A DNA stretch of 64,000 nt from Hormiphora californensis (lineage: Eukaryota > Animalia > Ctenophora), in assembly GCA_020137815.1 (NCBI GenBank), contig CM035356.1, positions 7,068,001 to 7,132,000 of the forward strand, written 5' to 3'. Positions 1 to 11,503 of this stretch are shown piece after piece. The notes under the pieces are model-generated. The model searched no databases. It was not told where the DNA came from and saw nothing but the letters and a program-made list of their open reading frames with translations. Made by a program: the position numbers and the translations under genes. The first letter of the stretch is position 1. Each line of letters opens with the position of its first letter.

Positions 1-578
1 TGAGTTATTCGAGCTCAAATTCGAGTTATCCGGACATTTATCCGAGTTATCCGGACATTTATCCGAGTTATCCGGACATTTATCCAAGTTATCCGGACAT
101 TTATCCGAGTTATCCGGACCCTTATCCGAGTTATCCGGACATTTATCCGAGTTATCCGGATACTTATCCGAGTTATCCGGACCCTTATCCGAGTTATCCG
201 GACCCTTATCCGAGTTATCCGGACATTTATCCGAGTTATCCGGACATGTATCCGAGTTATCCGGACCCTTATCCGAGTTATCCGGACCCTTATCCGAGTT
301 ATCCGGACCCTTATCCGAGTTATCCGGACCCTTATCCGAGTTATCCGGACCCTTATCCGAGTTATCCGGACCCTTATCCGAGTTATCCGGACCCTTATCC
401 GAGTTATCCGGATACTTATCCGAGTTATCCAAGTTATCGGGATACTTATCCGAGATATCCGAGTTATCCGGATTTCAGTATCTGAGTTATCCGGAGTCCC
501 ATATCCGAGCTTGGTTATCCGGATATCTTGAAAACATCAATTATCCGGACTATCCGGGTTATCCGGGTTATCCGGGTT
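1..578. repeat. 21-bp tandem minisatellite (TTATCCGAGTTATCCGGAC[CC/AT]), probably in a CYP intron
   Basis: More than 20 near-identical units read directly; the array decays into (TTATCCGGG)n at ~550-578. Confidence 0.9.
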
Positions 579-750
579 TATACATACCCCCTAATGTATA
601 TTATACATGACACACAGTCACAGTTGCTATCGAAATCTGCAGATTATCATGTATCCCTGCTAGTATAATCATGCAAAGGGGCCGGTTGAAGGGTAACAGC
701 TCGTCTCCGACTTCTATGCTAGTACTACAAGACATGTATCAATTCCTCAG

Positions 751-3700
751 AATGTTAGGATACAATGGGATGCTGCTCTCTCCCTATAACGATGCGTGGA
801 GGATAAAGAAGAGCATCCTGAAACAGTTTATCAATCACAGGTATGTTATGTTCTAACCCTCTTTTACAAACACAGTCTAGCTAGGCAATCACAGGTATGT
901 ACCTGCACCATATCACACAGAATGCGGTGTGAACTACACAGGTGTGAAGAAGAGCATCCTGAAACAGTTTATCAATCACAGGTATGTACCTGAAGAAGAG
1001 GCAACACAGTCTACTAGTCTAGCTAGGCAATCACAGGTATGTACCTGAACCATCACAGGTATGTACCTGAACCATCACAGGTATGTACCTGGACCATCAC
1101 ATAGAATGCGGTGTGAACTACTGCACAGGTAAACTACACAGGTGAACTACACAGGTGTGAACTACACAGGTGTGAACTACACAGGTGTGAACTACTGTGG
1201 TGTGAACTACACAGCTGTCATAGCGCAGGTCATAGCGCTGGTAGGGCAGGTAGTACTGTTTACTAGGTTCTTTGCCCATGTGTTATCACTCTGTCAAGTC
1301 TCTTGTTCACAAGGCTTGCTGTTGGCCTGCTGCAGGATCTCACAGTGACTACCACTTGATAATATCAAATAGAGCTTGGTACCAGACAAAAGATAGTGTA
1401 TATCAAGTTGATATACACTATCTTTTGTCTGGTACCAAGCTCTATTTGATTAGTTTGTAGTATAGTTTGGTGTGAGAGAGAGAGAGGTTTAGATCTATAT
1501 GGACGTACTTAACCAATTGTTCATATAACATGTGTAGAAAGAGTTGACCATTGTCTGGGATCCCAGTCTGATAGAGAGCTGAGAGAGAGAGAGAGAGAGA
1601 CAGAGAATAGCCACACCCGTGTCAACACCGTACAAATGAACAATGGGTCTAATTGATACGCATGTAAACCTGGGTAGATGGAAATGGTTTCCAATTTTTA
1701 GGAAACCTAGCTCTCCACCGACCACCATGTCTATCACAAATATTGTAAAGGAGAGATAACAAGAAACCAAATGACATGGCATGGTAAAATACAAAAAAAC
1801 TAAATACTAAATACCCATCTTCTTTACCAGGGCGGTCACGGAGTTTGAAAGTGACATGGTGTATGTGATTGAGAGGGCCCTTAGTAACCATGGTCACAGC
1901 GTGGCTGGGAGCATCAATACCATGGCAACGCCCTCTGGAGCCCTGGATATTGATGTTCTACCATTCATGCAGGCAGTCACTTCAGACATCCTAGGCATTG
2001 TGAGTAAATTTTAATTCGGGATCTGCTTTTTTAATTCTAATTTTTAATTCCAATTTACATTGGAACTGATGTAATATGGCGAAAGTTTTTCTTTTGTTTT
2101 CCATCATCATATTTTTAATATCCCACACCTTCTCTCAGTGTTTATTTAGTAAGGATTTCCAGTGTTCCTCTGGAGTGGAGAGTGAGTGCTCTAATTTCGC
2201 CCAAATGTGCGTTCAGATCGCTATGGAATGCTTTAAAATGATGGCTGACCCGTCGAGAAAGGTAACAGCTTATGCAGTAGCTCATACTGCATTTTTGGTG
2301 AGGGTTTGGTAGATCAAGTACCAACCTGGAGACCGTTTGAAATTATCTTTTGAAGAGTCTTTCGAATAAAACGGATAAACCTTCATTACTTTTGAGCTAC
2401 CTTTTGGAATATTGTCCGACTAACTTTGCCTTTCACTTTCAGCTTCCAATGAAGAAGCGAAAGGAAAAGTTACAAACGGTAAAAAACATACAGAAGATTC
2501 GATCAATAACCAGATCAATGATAGAAAAAGGAAGTCCCCTAACTGATGAGTTTGTAAAGGCATTCCAAAATATCGAGGACATAGTCGATGACATCAATTC
2601 CTTACTTTTCGCTGGTGAGAATTGGGGAATTCATGCTTGTTCTTCTTTAGTTTAGACATGCATGATCGTTACTGAATCGATTAGTAAAGTTTTGAATTTG
2701 AGTAGGTATATCATTGCATGATCTCAATGATATCAACCGATTAGTAAATCCATGAATTCTAGGTCAGGATACAACGTCGAACATTCTGGCGTACGCTCTA
2801 GCAAACATCGCTCACTCCCCAGAAATCTATAACTGGTAAGTACAGTCGCGGAGCCCGATTTACCGGGAGGATAATCTTCCCCCGAATTAGAAAAATTAAC
2901 ATTATTTGACCCCGATTTACCGGGCAAACCCCTTTCCCCTGCGCCGATCAGTATCCCCCCCCCCCCCCCAACAAGAACACTCTCCCCCTCTCACCTCAGG
3001 TTGTTGAGTGAACTGAACGAAGAGGTTAAGGATGCCCCCTGGTCCAGGATATCCCAACTAGACCGACTGGAATGTGTCATTAAAGAGACACTCAGGTTAT
3101 ACCCCAGTGCCCCCGTCTCCCTCAGGACACTGGCTACCGATCACCAGTTAGCTGGACTAAGAATACCTGCTGGTAAGAGAGGACATTAGATAAACAATAT
3201 GATTTGTCATTTGGAATCGGAATATATACATTCCAAACTTCCAATACACACATTGGAAAAACCAGGAAAATAGTAGGAAAAGATTGCTCTGCATTTGCCG
3301 AACCCTAGGAACCGACCTAAACAAGTAAACAACCAATCAGAACTCGTTATTTAGGTCACGTAACTGGTTATCATGCAGCCAATCAGGGACCGGTATTTCC
3401 TGATTCGGTCGGTTCCTTCCGAACCCTCACAGAGTGCGCTTGTAATTCTGTGATGAAATAATTTGCAGTGTGAGCTACTTACAAGAAAAACAGATCGGGA
3501 GATCCATGATGATGATAACCCAGCTACTATACTATTTCCCTAGGTAGTACAGTGTGGGTATCACCATACACCGCTGGGAGACATCCCTCCGTCTGGGAGG
3601 ATCCTCTAGCTTTCAAACCGAGTCGCTTCGAAAAACTTAGGTACGACCGGACCAATTTTCCCAAACTTCAGTTTCATGTATGTATACTTGTATTTTAATG

Positions 3701-4297
3701 CCCTGCACAACTATTTTTAGTGAGGAGACAAAGAAGCAGTTTATCCCATTTATGACGGGTCCCCACGAGTGTAGCGGGAAACATCTTGCCATGGTATGTC
3801 AGTTTGTTTGTTTGGTAATTCACAGTGTAAAACATGGGGGCTTTAGGACTGTAACTCACTGCATGGACAGTAACTCGAAAGTGAGTTATTTTCCGGTACC
3901 CCACATGGGTTCATTGATACCCGAGTGAGATCGACGTCGCGCTCAGATCGAGAATAGGTTGCAATCAATGGATCCAAACATATGGGTATTAGTTTTTTCA
4001 CAGCCACCCAGAATCTAGTGTAACCGCTGCAGCTGCCTTTATAAAACTTTATAAAGGTCTACCTAGCTGGTAGTTTATGAAGTTAAAAAAAGTCATTATG
4101 ACGTGTGTGATACCATTACCAGTTACCACTCATGAACCGTTTTACAGATGGAGTTGAAGATGGTATTATTCTATCTTCTCAAGAGATACAAACTAGTACT
4201 TCTCAACGAGGATGTACCACCTCCTAAAATGGCAATAACACTTCACCCAATGACACCCATAACTTTGCGGTTAATAAGTGTAGTAGGTCAAACTTAA
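751..4297 (+). CDS. Cytochrome P450, 5'-partial (N-terminal exons lie upstream of the window)
   Basis: GT-AG exons joined in frame: 751-840, 1831-1999, 2139-2261, 2443-2614, 2763-2835, 3000-3172, 3544-3640, 3721-3793, 4148-4297 (TAA). Motifs: C-helix WRIKK, I-helix LLFAGQDTT, K-helix ETLR, PSRF (PERF), heme loop FMTGPHECSG. Confidence 0.93.
880..1215. repeat. Local tandem duplications of the CYP exon end/donor and a 15-bp GTGTGAACTACACAG repeat
   Basis: AAGAAGAGCATCCTGAAACAGTTTATCAATCACAGGTATGT recurs at ~947-987; ATCACAGGTATGTACCTG occurs about 5 times; 15-mer array at ~1140-1215. Confidence 0.8.
1364..1450. repeat. Perfect 87-bp palindrome (hairpin) in a CYP intron
   Basis: ATCAAATAGAGCTTGGTACCAGACAAAAGATAGTGTATATCAA, a single G, then the exact reverse complement. 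Confidence 0.9.
3306..3418. mobile_element. ~110-bp hAT-like MITE (CAGGAACCGACC family), copy 1
   Basis: TIR (T)AGGAACCGACC...GGTCGGTTCCT(T); 8-bp TSD CCGAACCC at 3298-3305 and 3419-3426. Confidence 0.88.
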
Positions 4298-5098
4298 AAT
4301 GTAATGTGTGAATTATTTGACGCGTGGTGGTACACTGAGTGTAGGTCGGTTTTTGTTAATGTTTAATTGTGTGAATAATTCTGTTTGATCTCTCTCTAAA
4401 ACTTTTTCAATCGCGCTATTATTATTATGACTAGCGGTCCCGGGCCATCCTACGGATACCGCTTCATTTAAAATCTATTAAGTTATTTTACACCGAGAGA
4501 GGGATGAGAGAAATGTTTAATTTGACGTTTAAGAAATAATTGACCCAGGATGATCTTTTTATTTAATGTTTTTACCTCTCCATATTTAAGTTTCACCTCC
4601 AAAAATAATATTTGTGTATTGTCCAACAATATAACAGCTGAATGTCGGTGTCTGGCGGTACAGACCCGATTTGATGTTGATCTCACTCTCACTATTTGAC
4701 TGCATTGTCAACCCAAATCTACCGATCCAGTGTGTGCTGCATTGATTGTTCGACAAGTTAGAAACAAAGTGCATTGTTTGTTGGGTAAACAAAAGAAGGG
4801 TGTGTACACATATTCACAGCTGGTATATAATGCAACATTATTATAAGCGGCATACTGCATGCCATTGCAATAATTTAACTTGGATAGTGAAGATTTGGCA
4901 ATTCCTCACGACTCAATGGCTCATATATTGCTCACATTTACTCTCTCTCTCTCTGACTGGATAGACAATTGGATTATACGATCCTAAATATATAAGTGCG
5001 GATACCGCTATCACGACATATTATTCATTGTTCGAGTTTCAATCATATAAGAACAGATAACGATAATATAACGAGTCTCTAGATCTATATCCGTGGAA

Positions 5099-6690
5099 TT
5101 ATCTGCGTGACCGTCCCCGGGCTGTTTTGGCTGTTTTTACCGTGCTTTGCCGTGTGGGCGCCGGACTGATGGAGGGGGCGTTTCTTGAGTGATCTGCGTC
5201 TAGCATGTTCTTTCTAGCACGACCTGAAACCAGAGAGGAGGGGTGTTATTGGGGGAGATGGGGAGAGATTAGGGGCCTGGGTTCTAAACTATGGGATACA
5301 TGATATACTTGAGGTTAGAAACGGTTCATGGATATTTTGTACCTTTTCTCTCCCTGGCCATTGGTTTTCTATCCCCGCTCCTCAGCTCAAATCCAGGAAT
5401 GAGAGTATTTGCATTCTCCAAAAGAGAGACAAACTCAGTCTCGGTAATGACATCAGACTGACTTCCCTCTTGTTCCGAGGTTATACCATCTAGACCCGTC
5501 TGAAGGAGTATAGGGTTTTTAGTGGAATTATAATTATAGGGATCTGTAACAACAACAGTTGTCATGCGAAATAATTTTAATAATATCAACTCTAATCTGT
5601 AAGTATCGACTCAAACCGACAACTACAAGGCCAGGCCAACCTGTGAATTGGTGAGTGGAACAGTCACTTTCTTTCTCTCGATAGCAACATACGTCCCAGG
5701 TGCCAGAAATTTATCAGCAGAAGCAGACAGGTGTAGAGCCAGATCTTTAACCAAACCTAAAAAGGGTGGAGTCAGAATTATAATATTCTGAATATAATGT
5801 TCCTGAAAATACCGGAAGACTGTATATATATTTCTGATGAAAAGACGCGCACACGTGTGTTTTCATGATGAGGTAGCTGTTGAAAACAACAGCTTTTTAC
5901 ATACGCGCGCCGTTCGGTGAATGCGACAAGGTGACTTTGTGTTGCACTGTCCCACTGTGGCGCAGAAGTGACAGTAATACGTTTACAACCCGACTTATTA
6001 CTAGTGAGCTACAGGATGGATTGAATTTAGTTTACACCCGGTTATTTAGTCAGGATGACCCTGTAATTCTATATGGTATGGGATGCAACGGTAATATTAT
6101 GTCTTATGAAGGGAATAGAAATGACAAATCTCGTCATGATTTGTTGAGTTACCCCTTACTGCATGAACTAGTCATGATAGTGAGTATATTCAGAAAACCC
6201 CCATCTCTGAATGAATAGATATAACAGAAAGTAAATTGTACCAATTGAATCCGTGTCTCAATTTCTATGCCATGATGATGATGAAGCACTCTGAGAGGGT
6301 GAGACAAAGAGGAGGCGTGTGTGTGTGTGATACTTAAGAAGTGAGCCTATGAGTGAGTATATATGCATGTAAAATATATTCAGGAAGAAATACGAAAAGG
6401 ATTCGGAGAAAAGAGCTAGGTATAATCCAAGCACATCAAAGGAACGAAAAGGAGCAGGCTTTTATAAACATATGAAATTATAAAATGAGACGCTTCTTCT
6501 TGTGCATGATAGAGATCAAGTCACTTTCCTATTTCATGAACTTTGGGATATTATAAAACCGTCAGAAATAGAGCTCTTGATATGTCACAGCAGCTAAATG
6601 TGGACTTGGGAACGTGCCAGTCATGTGTTCACTCTGATCCCATCTGTCGTATTTTCTCTCTCCTTCTCTCTCCTTCTCTATCCTTCTCTT

Positions 6691-6746
<56 letters not shown>

Positions 6747-6764
6747 TCTGTCTCTCTCTCTCTG

Positions 6765-6852
<88 letters not shown>

Positions 6853-7872
6853 TCACCTTCACTGTCTAGCAGGCCGCACTTTAAAGAACAGGTGTCCTAC
6901 TAAATTAGATCTCGACGTGCAACGTGTTACCACGTCTCCCATTGAGAGAGAGAGATCGCGTGGAGAGAGAGAGACAGAGAGAGAGAGAGACAGAGAGAGA
7001 GATCGCGTGGAGAGAGGACTCTAAAATGTGGGCGAAGGTAGTAGTGAGAAAATAGTGAGAAAATAGGGGGAGAGATGGTGTTCTAGTGGATTCTAGTGGT
7101 CCGAGTCTGGTGCTGCCGATATGGGAATCTCTCACAGAATTCACATCTTTTCTGCAGCATAATAATGTGATATAAAGCTTGTCTGACCGCACTCTGATTG
7201 AGAAGCAAGGTGTTCCTGACACTGAGGAGAAAAGACAGAAAGAGAGAGAGAGGGGAGGGAGAGCGACACAAGAAAGGGAAGAGAGAGAAAAGAAGAATAG
7301 AAATGTATAACATATCCATCCGTGCTGGAATTGTCTGACATGGATCATGCATTCGTGTGTCACACACCGTTTTACTTTAAAAGTGTTACTCTTGTTGAGT
7401 AGAATTGGATATAAAAGTGAGCCGACGTTCGCGTCATCAAAAAATGAAAATCTTTTGGATGATCCCGCTGAACTGCGACAATCAGGCAATGAACAATTCA
7501 AGTCATGATCACTCATGGTTGATAGCGGAGTTCTCCCTCCCTTGCCAGTGCGTGAAAGTTATTTCGTAACCATGACTCATGGCTGCAGTGCAGGAACCGA
7601 CCGAAACAAATAAACAACCAATCAGAACTCGTTATTTAGGTCACGTGACTGGTTATCAGCCAATCGGGGACCAGTATTTCCTAATTCGGTCGGTTCCTGC
7701 TGCAGTGTATTCCGGCCTGGTCCTTACCTGATTCATCACATAGGTCGATGGCTTCATAAGTCTCCACCGGAAGATTACAGGTGGTTTTCAGGTGTGAAAG
7801 AAGGTTGGCCACTCTGCAAAGTGGGTTACACAGTGTCGACTCGTCATCTCCGTGTCTTACAGTAATGTACAT
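5099..7872 (-). CDS. CXorf65/C22orf15-like uncharacterised protein
   Basis: Exons 7872-7728, 5756-5641, 5499-5343, 5223-5099 join in frame: MYITVRHGDDESTLCNPLCRVANLLSHLKTTC...IDLCDESGLVKDL...ADKFLAPGTYVAIER...FVSLLEN... plus a basic tail. The pattern matches my recollection of the CXorf65/C22orf15 N-terminus (MFI.IKHGD...N.NC...LL...IDLC..G). Confidence 0.78.
6654..6848. repeat. (CT)n microsatellite
   Basis: Seen directly; source of the SLSLSL/ERERER ORFs. Similar tracts at ~23950-24247, 26715-26770, 35095-35155, 50370-50468, 50762-50830 and 62903-62975. Confidence 0.95.
7591..7699. mobile_element. hAT-like MITE, copy 2
   Basis: TIR CAGGAACCGACCGAA...TTCGGTCGGTTCCTG; perfect 8-bp TSD CTGCAGTG. 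Confidence 0.92.
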
Positions 7873-8248
7873 GATGTATCCTGTACTATTGTCAGGGGGG
7901 GGGGGGTTAGAATACAATGGCCGGACATTGGGTTAGTTGTTGTTGTAATACCGATTATTGGAAGGTCAGTAGTCACTATGTCACATGGTGTTACTGAGAA
8001 TACGCGGACCTAGATCATATGAATTGATGATTGATTAGATGATTGATTAGACAATGATAAACTTGTCACGATAGTTAGATTGAGAGATGAATAATAAAGG
8101 ATAATAGACAGATGAGCTGATCAATAGAGTTATACCGCCCTTGGAGCCTAACTATATATTAACCTAGTTAGTGTTCCTTAGTCTCGAAACAATAGCACAG
8201 CTCTACCCCATTGTTCTAACACTTAGCATGTCAATCCCCCTGGATGAG

Positions 8249-8258
8249 TATATAAAAG
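8249..8258 (+). promoter_or_regulatory. TATA box of the intronless papain-like protease
   Basis: TATATAAAAG about 30-35 nt upstream of the ATG at 8286. Confidence 0.6.
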
Positions 8259-8285
8259 GATCAAGTTGAATCTACCAGCCCAACA

Positions 8286-9674
8286 ATGACAACTCTACTA
8301 CTAGTCCTCCTCCTCCCTCTCTTAACGAGTGGACGTCTCACGGAAGAGGATGAAACCTTCAAGCTGGCCCTGTCCTCCCCAGCAGCTCTGACATCCCTCC
8401 TCTCCTCTCACCTCGCTCACTACCCCGAACTAAAATACAACGACCGAGCCGAGCTGAGGAAGCGAGCCAGGGTGTTCAAACGGGAGCTGAGAAAGGTGGA
8501 GAAATGTAACACCGAGGAACAGTTTCACTGTGGGATCAACAGATTTTCCACGATGAGCGATGATGAAAGATCTCTATTCCTGGGTCTAGCAGCCAATACA
8601 ACAGGACCATTGAACGCCTCACCCCAACCCCTCCTCCTCCAATCTGTATCCAGTAAAGACTGGAGAACTGGAGGAGCTGTCACCTCAGTTAAAGACCAGG
8701 GTTCCTGTGGATCCTGCTGGGCCTATGCAGGGATCGGCTCCCTTGAAGGTGCCTACGCAGTCCAGACCGGAGTGCTAAAGAGTTTCTCAGTACAGGAGAT
8801 GCTCGAGTGCACCTACGAGCATTTTGCTGGGTATGATGGCTGTGGGGGCGGCTGGTATTTTGATGCCTACGACTACATGAAACGAACTGGACACATGACC
8901 ACTCGAGCTTGAGCTGCCAGTACGAGGGGCGTGACAGTGGGATGCAGACCTAACTACCCTAATGGTCTCATTGCCTGCTGAAGTCTCTGGTTACGTCCAG
9001 TCCACTAAAGATGACTGGGGTGTCGCTGCTGCTATTACTGTTGCTCCCACTGCCGTTGCAATGTACGTGGCAGGAGAGTTCTTCAGCTACAGTAGTGGGG
9101 TGTATGATGGCAGGTCAGACTGCGGGAGTGCACAGTATCCTAACCATGCACTGACCGCTGTTGGCTTTACCCCCTCCGTCTTCGTGATTAAGAACTCCTG
9201 GGGCGGAGGCTGGGGAGAGCAGGGATTTGTGAGGATCCAGCGGGGATTATGACGTGTGCATGATTAACCAGAATGCCATGTACCCCGACCCTCAAACCTA
9301 CAGGACAGCAGGACAACAGCAAGGGAGATGAGGATGACGATGGAGGAGACAAGAGTGACTGTGGGGGAGACACCGCTGATTGTACTGATCTGAACGCCGA
9401 ATATTGTCCTGGTGTGGCATACGATGGAAACTGTTACAAGGACTACATGCTGGACTATTCCTTCCAGTACTGCAAACTCAGCTGCAAGTTCTGCAACAAC
9501 TCACAAAACCTGGTTGATGATTGCTCAGCTAGAATCACCGCTAAGAGCTGTGATGATGAAGTGGTGAAGGCACTCTGTCCGGGGTCCTGCTGCAAGGATG
9601 AGGGAGATGGTGGGTGTCCGAGTGGAACTACACTGTGCCCTGATGGACAATGTAAACACGTTCACATGTGTTAA
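8286..9674 (+). CDS. Secreted papain-family (C1A, cathepsin L-like) cysteine protease with C-terminal ShKT-like domains; intronless, with apparent indels
   Basis: Signal peptide; I29-like prodomain (GINRFSTMSDDE); DWR..VTSVKDQGSCGSCW; GCGGG; catalytic His YPNHAL; IKNSWG; then Cys-rich CTDLNAEYC...CKLSCKFC, a second Cys-rich unit and CPSGTTLCPDGQCKHVHMC. Three ORF pieces join if single-base indels near 8910-8975 and 9245-9285 are corrected. Confidence 0.88.
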
Positions 9675-9960
9675 ATATAACTTATTTATAACTATTTAAA
9701 TAGTAAATATACATGCAAACTTAACCAAAAATGTGTGTCTTACTTTGAGTAAATCATATAAAAAAAAGAGTCGGTTACGTTACCAACTAAAGTGGTGATC
9801 TTGATAAATCAGATGCAAATCTGGAAGCATGCCGTAAAGCATAATTAATAGCTCTGGAACTTTCAACGCCTCACCAGACTGCAGAAAAAAAAAGTACTGA
9901 GATATCTTATCTGAGACTCAACTTTCAGATAGAATCGCATATTTTGGTGCAGGGTCTAGG

Positions 9961-11310
9961 TTGCAGGCCCCTTATAATATTGCGGGGGTGCGCGCATGAG
10001 TCAAAACAATAAATCAATTCATCCTCGGATCAATTCATCCTCGGATCCTCAAGTTCTTCTCATTCTTCTTCAGGTCACCAGTTCAGTATTTGTTAGACTA
10101 GTGATAGCAATCTTCCTCCGATTTCCTCTTAATGCAATAAGGCATGATCTCAGGAGGGAGAATCGTAGCCTCGTCCTCAGGTGCGCCATCACTTCACTGT
10201 ACGGTTCTCCGGTTCTTGTGGAAACTCGGTGTGAGAGAGTCTTTAGCACCTTTTGGAACTCATTGGCTATTCCACCTGCTGTATTCATAACCAGCGGAGA
10301 GAAGGCACCCCCTTCAACTTCTCGTACACGTTTTCCGTACGACTGCTTCTTGCTAGCCTCGTTTCTTCGGTAGAGTTGGTCGAGGGGCGTGTCGATATAG
10401 GAGGGCGAATTGGCATGGAAAATTCGCACATCCATATGAGCCAGCTGCATTTTTCGCCACATGTCAAGTGCGACCACATCCATCCTTGCATCAGGGGCTG
10501 TGTTTGCCGAAAGGTGAAAGTGTATGCCGTCCGGACAAGGGAGAAGTAGCTTCTCTGTTTCCACACCTTTGAGGCCCGCATACGAGCATATCTCCGCCAT
10601 TAGGTCCCTGATGTTGTCGTGACGGAGGATGGAATAGCCCCCGGTTGAACAGGACAAGGTATGGTCCGCATTGTTTGGCTTTCCACATACGCATGTCGCG
10701 CCCAAATCTTTGACCTCAAACCCGTATCGCAGTGCCACTGAGTCAACGAATTCCAATTGATTCAGTTCGAAGCCCAGGTGAGGGTAGGGTGTTGCCGTGA
10801 GCCATACAGATGCTCCGGCCTCTCCAGCGAGCTCTAGACATCTCACTAGCTTCGGGCATGTGATTCTAGTGAGTAACTCTTTGAGAGTGTCTGAGTGGTG
10901 GTCCTCATTCTCCTTTGCTATCTTGTTCCTTGCCTCTCTTGCATTCTTCTCCACTAGAGCCATTTCTATTTCTTCTTCGTTACGGCATAGTATCAAATCA
11001 ACAAGGGGCTTCGTCAATGCTCGGGAGTTGCTGTATGATCTGTCAGAGGTTTTGACGGGGTTCTCAATTCCCATTCCACCTTTCCCAGAGGGGAGTGCCA
11101 GTATCTCCCGTTCTAGGTCGGACACTTGACGGCCCACCAGACATGGAATCAACTGTGAACGGATGGTGTGTTCAAGCGGATCAAACAGATCACTGATGTC
11201 TGGAACTGTTCGCTGGAGAAAGGCCCACTTGAATCGGAAGCTTCTCACAAAGTTGCTGTACGCCAAATGAGGATGGGCTTTGGCAATAGCCACAAGATTT
11301 TCTAGCTCAA
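9961..11310 (-). mobile_element. 5'-truncated CRE-like non-LTR retrotransposon (post-RT region, zinc finger, restriction-like endonuclease)
   Basis: ORF 10070-11293 with GGMGI, GASVWL, CVC...HTLSC, RHDNIRD, ARMDV..DVRI, EASKKQSY, FSPLV...GG motifs typical of RLE-bearing CRE-clade elements; 13-bp direct repeat TGCAGGGTCTAGG at 9948-9960 and 11311-11323. Confidence 0.85.
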
Positions 11311-11352
11311 TGCAGGGTCTAGGGCATGTGCCATGATTTGTATTTCATCTTA

Positions 11353-11503
11353 AAGTCGGATTTTTTGAAGTTGTCACCCCCCTTTTCGTGCGCGGAATGT
11401 TTTTGCGCGTCACATCACATGTTAACGTGTGGTGTGCGCGTCAAAAGTGATAAATTTCACATGCGCGGTCATTTTGGGGTGACAACTTCAAAAAATCCGA
11501 CTT
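11353..11503. mobile_element. ~150-bp MITE with TA TSD (Tc1/mariner-like), copy 1
   Basis: TIR AAGTCGGATTTTTTGAAGTTGTCACCCC, TA on both flanks; near-identical copy at 42401-42550. Confidence 0.85.

Noticed and set aside
246-485. YPSYPDP heptad ORF resembling an RNA Pol II CTD or adhesive repeat
   Set aside because: It is the translation of a 21-bp minisatellite, with no splice or compositional support.
1-578. CRISPR-like array (also considered for 38782-40937)
   Set aside because: Direct tandem units without unique spacers, no cas genes, eukaryotic context.
8900-9290. Pseudogene call for protease 1 (and for protease 2 and the annexin exon at 26902-27023)
   Set aside because: Clustered single-base indels with all key motifs intact in several unrelated genes fit long-read error better; short-read polishing is needed to decide.
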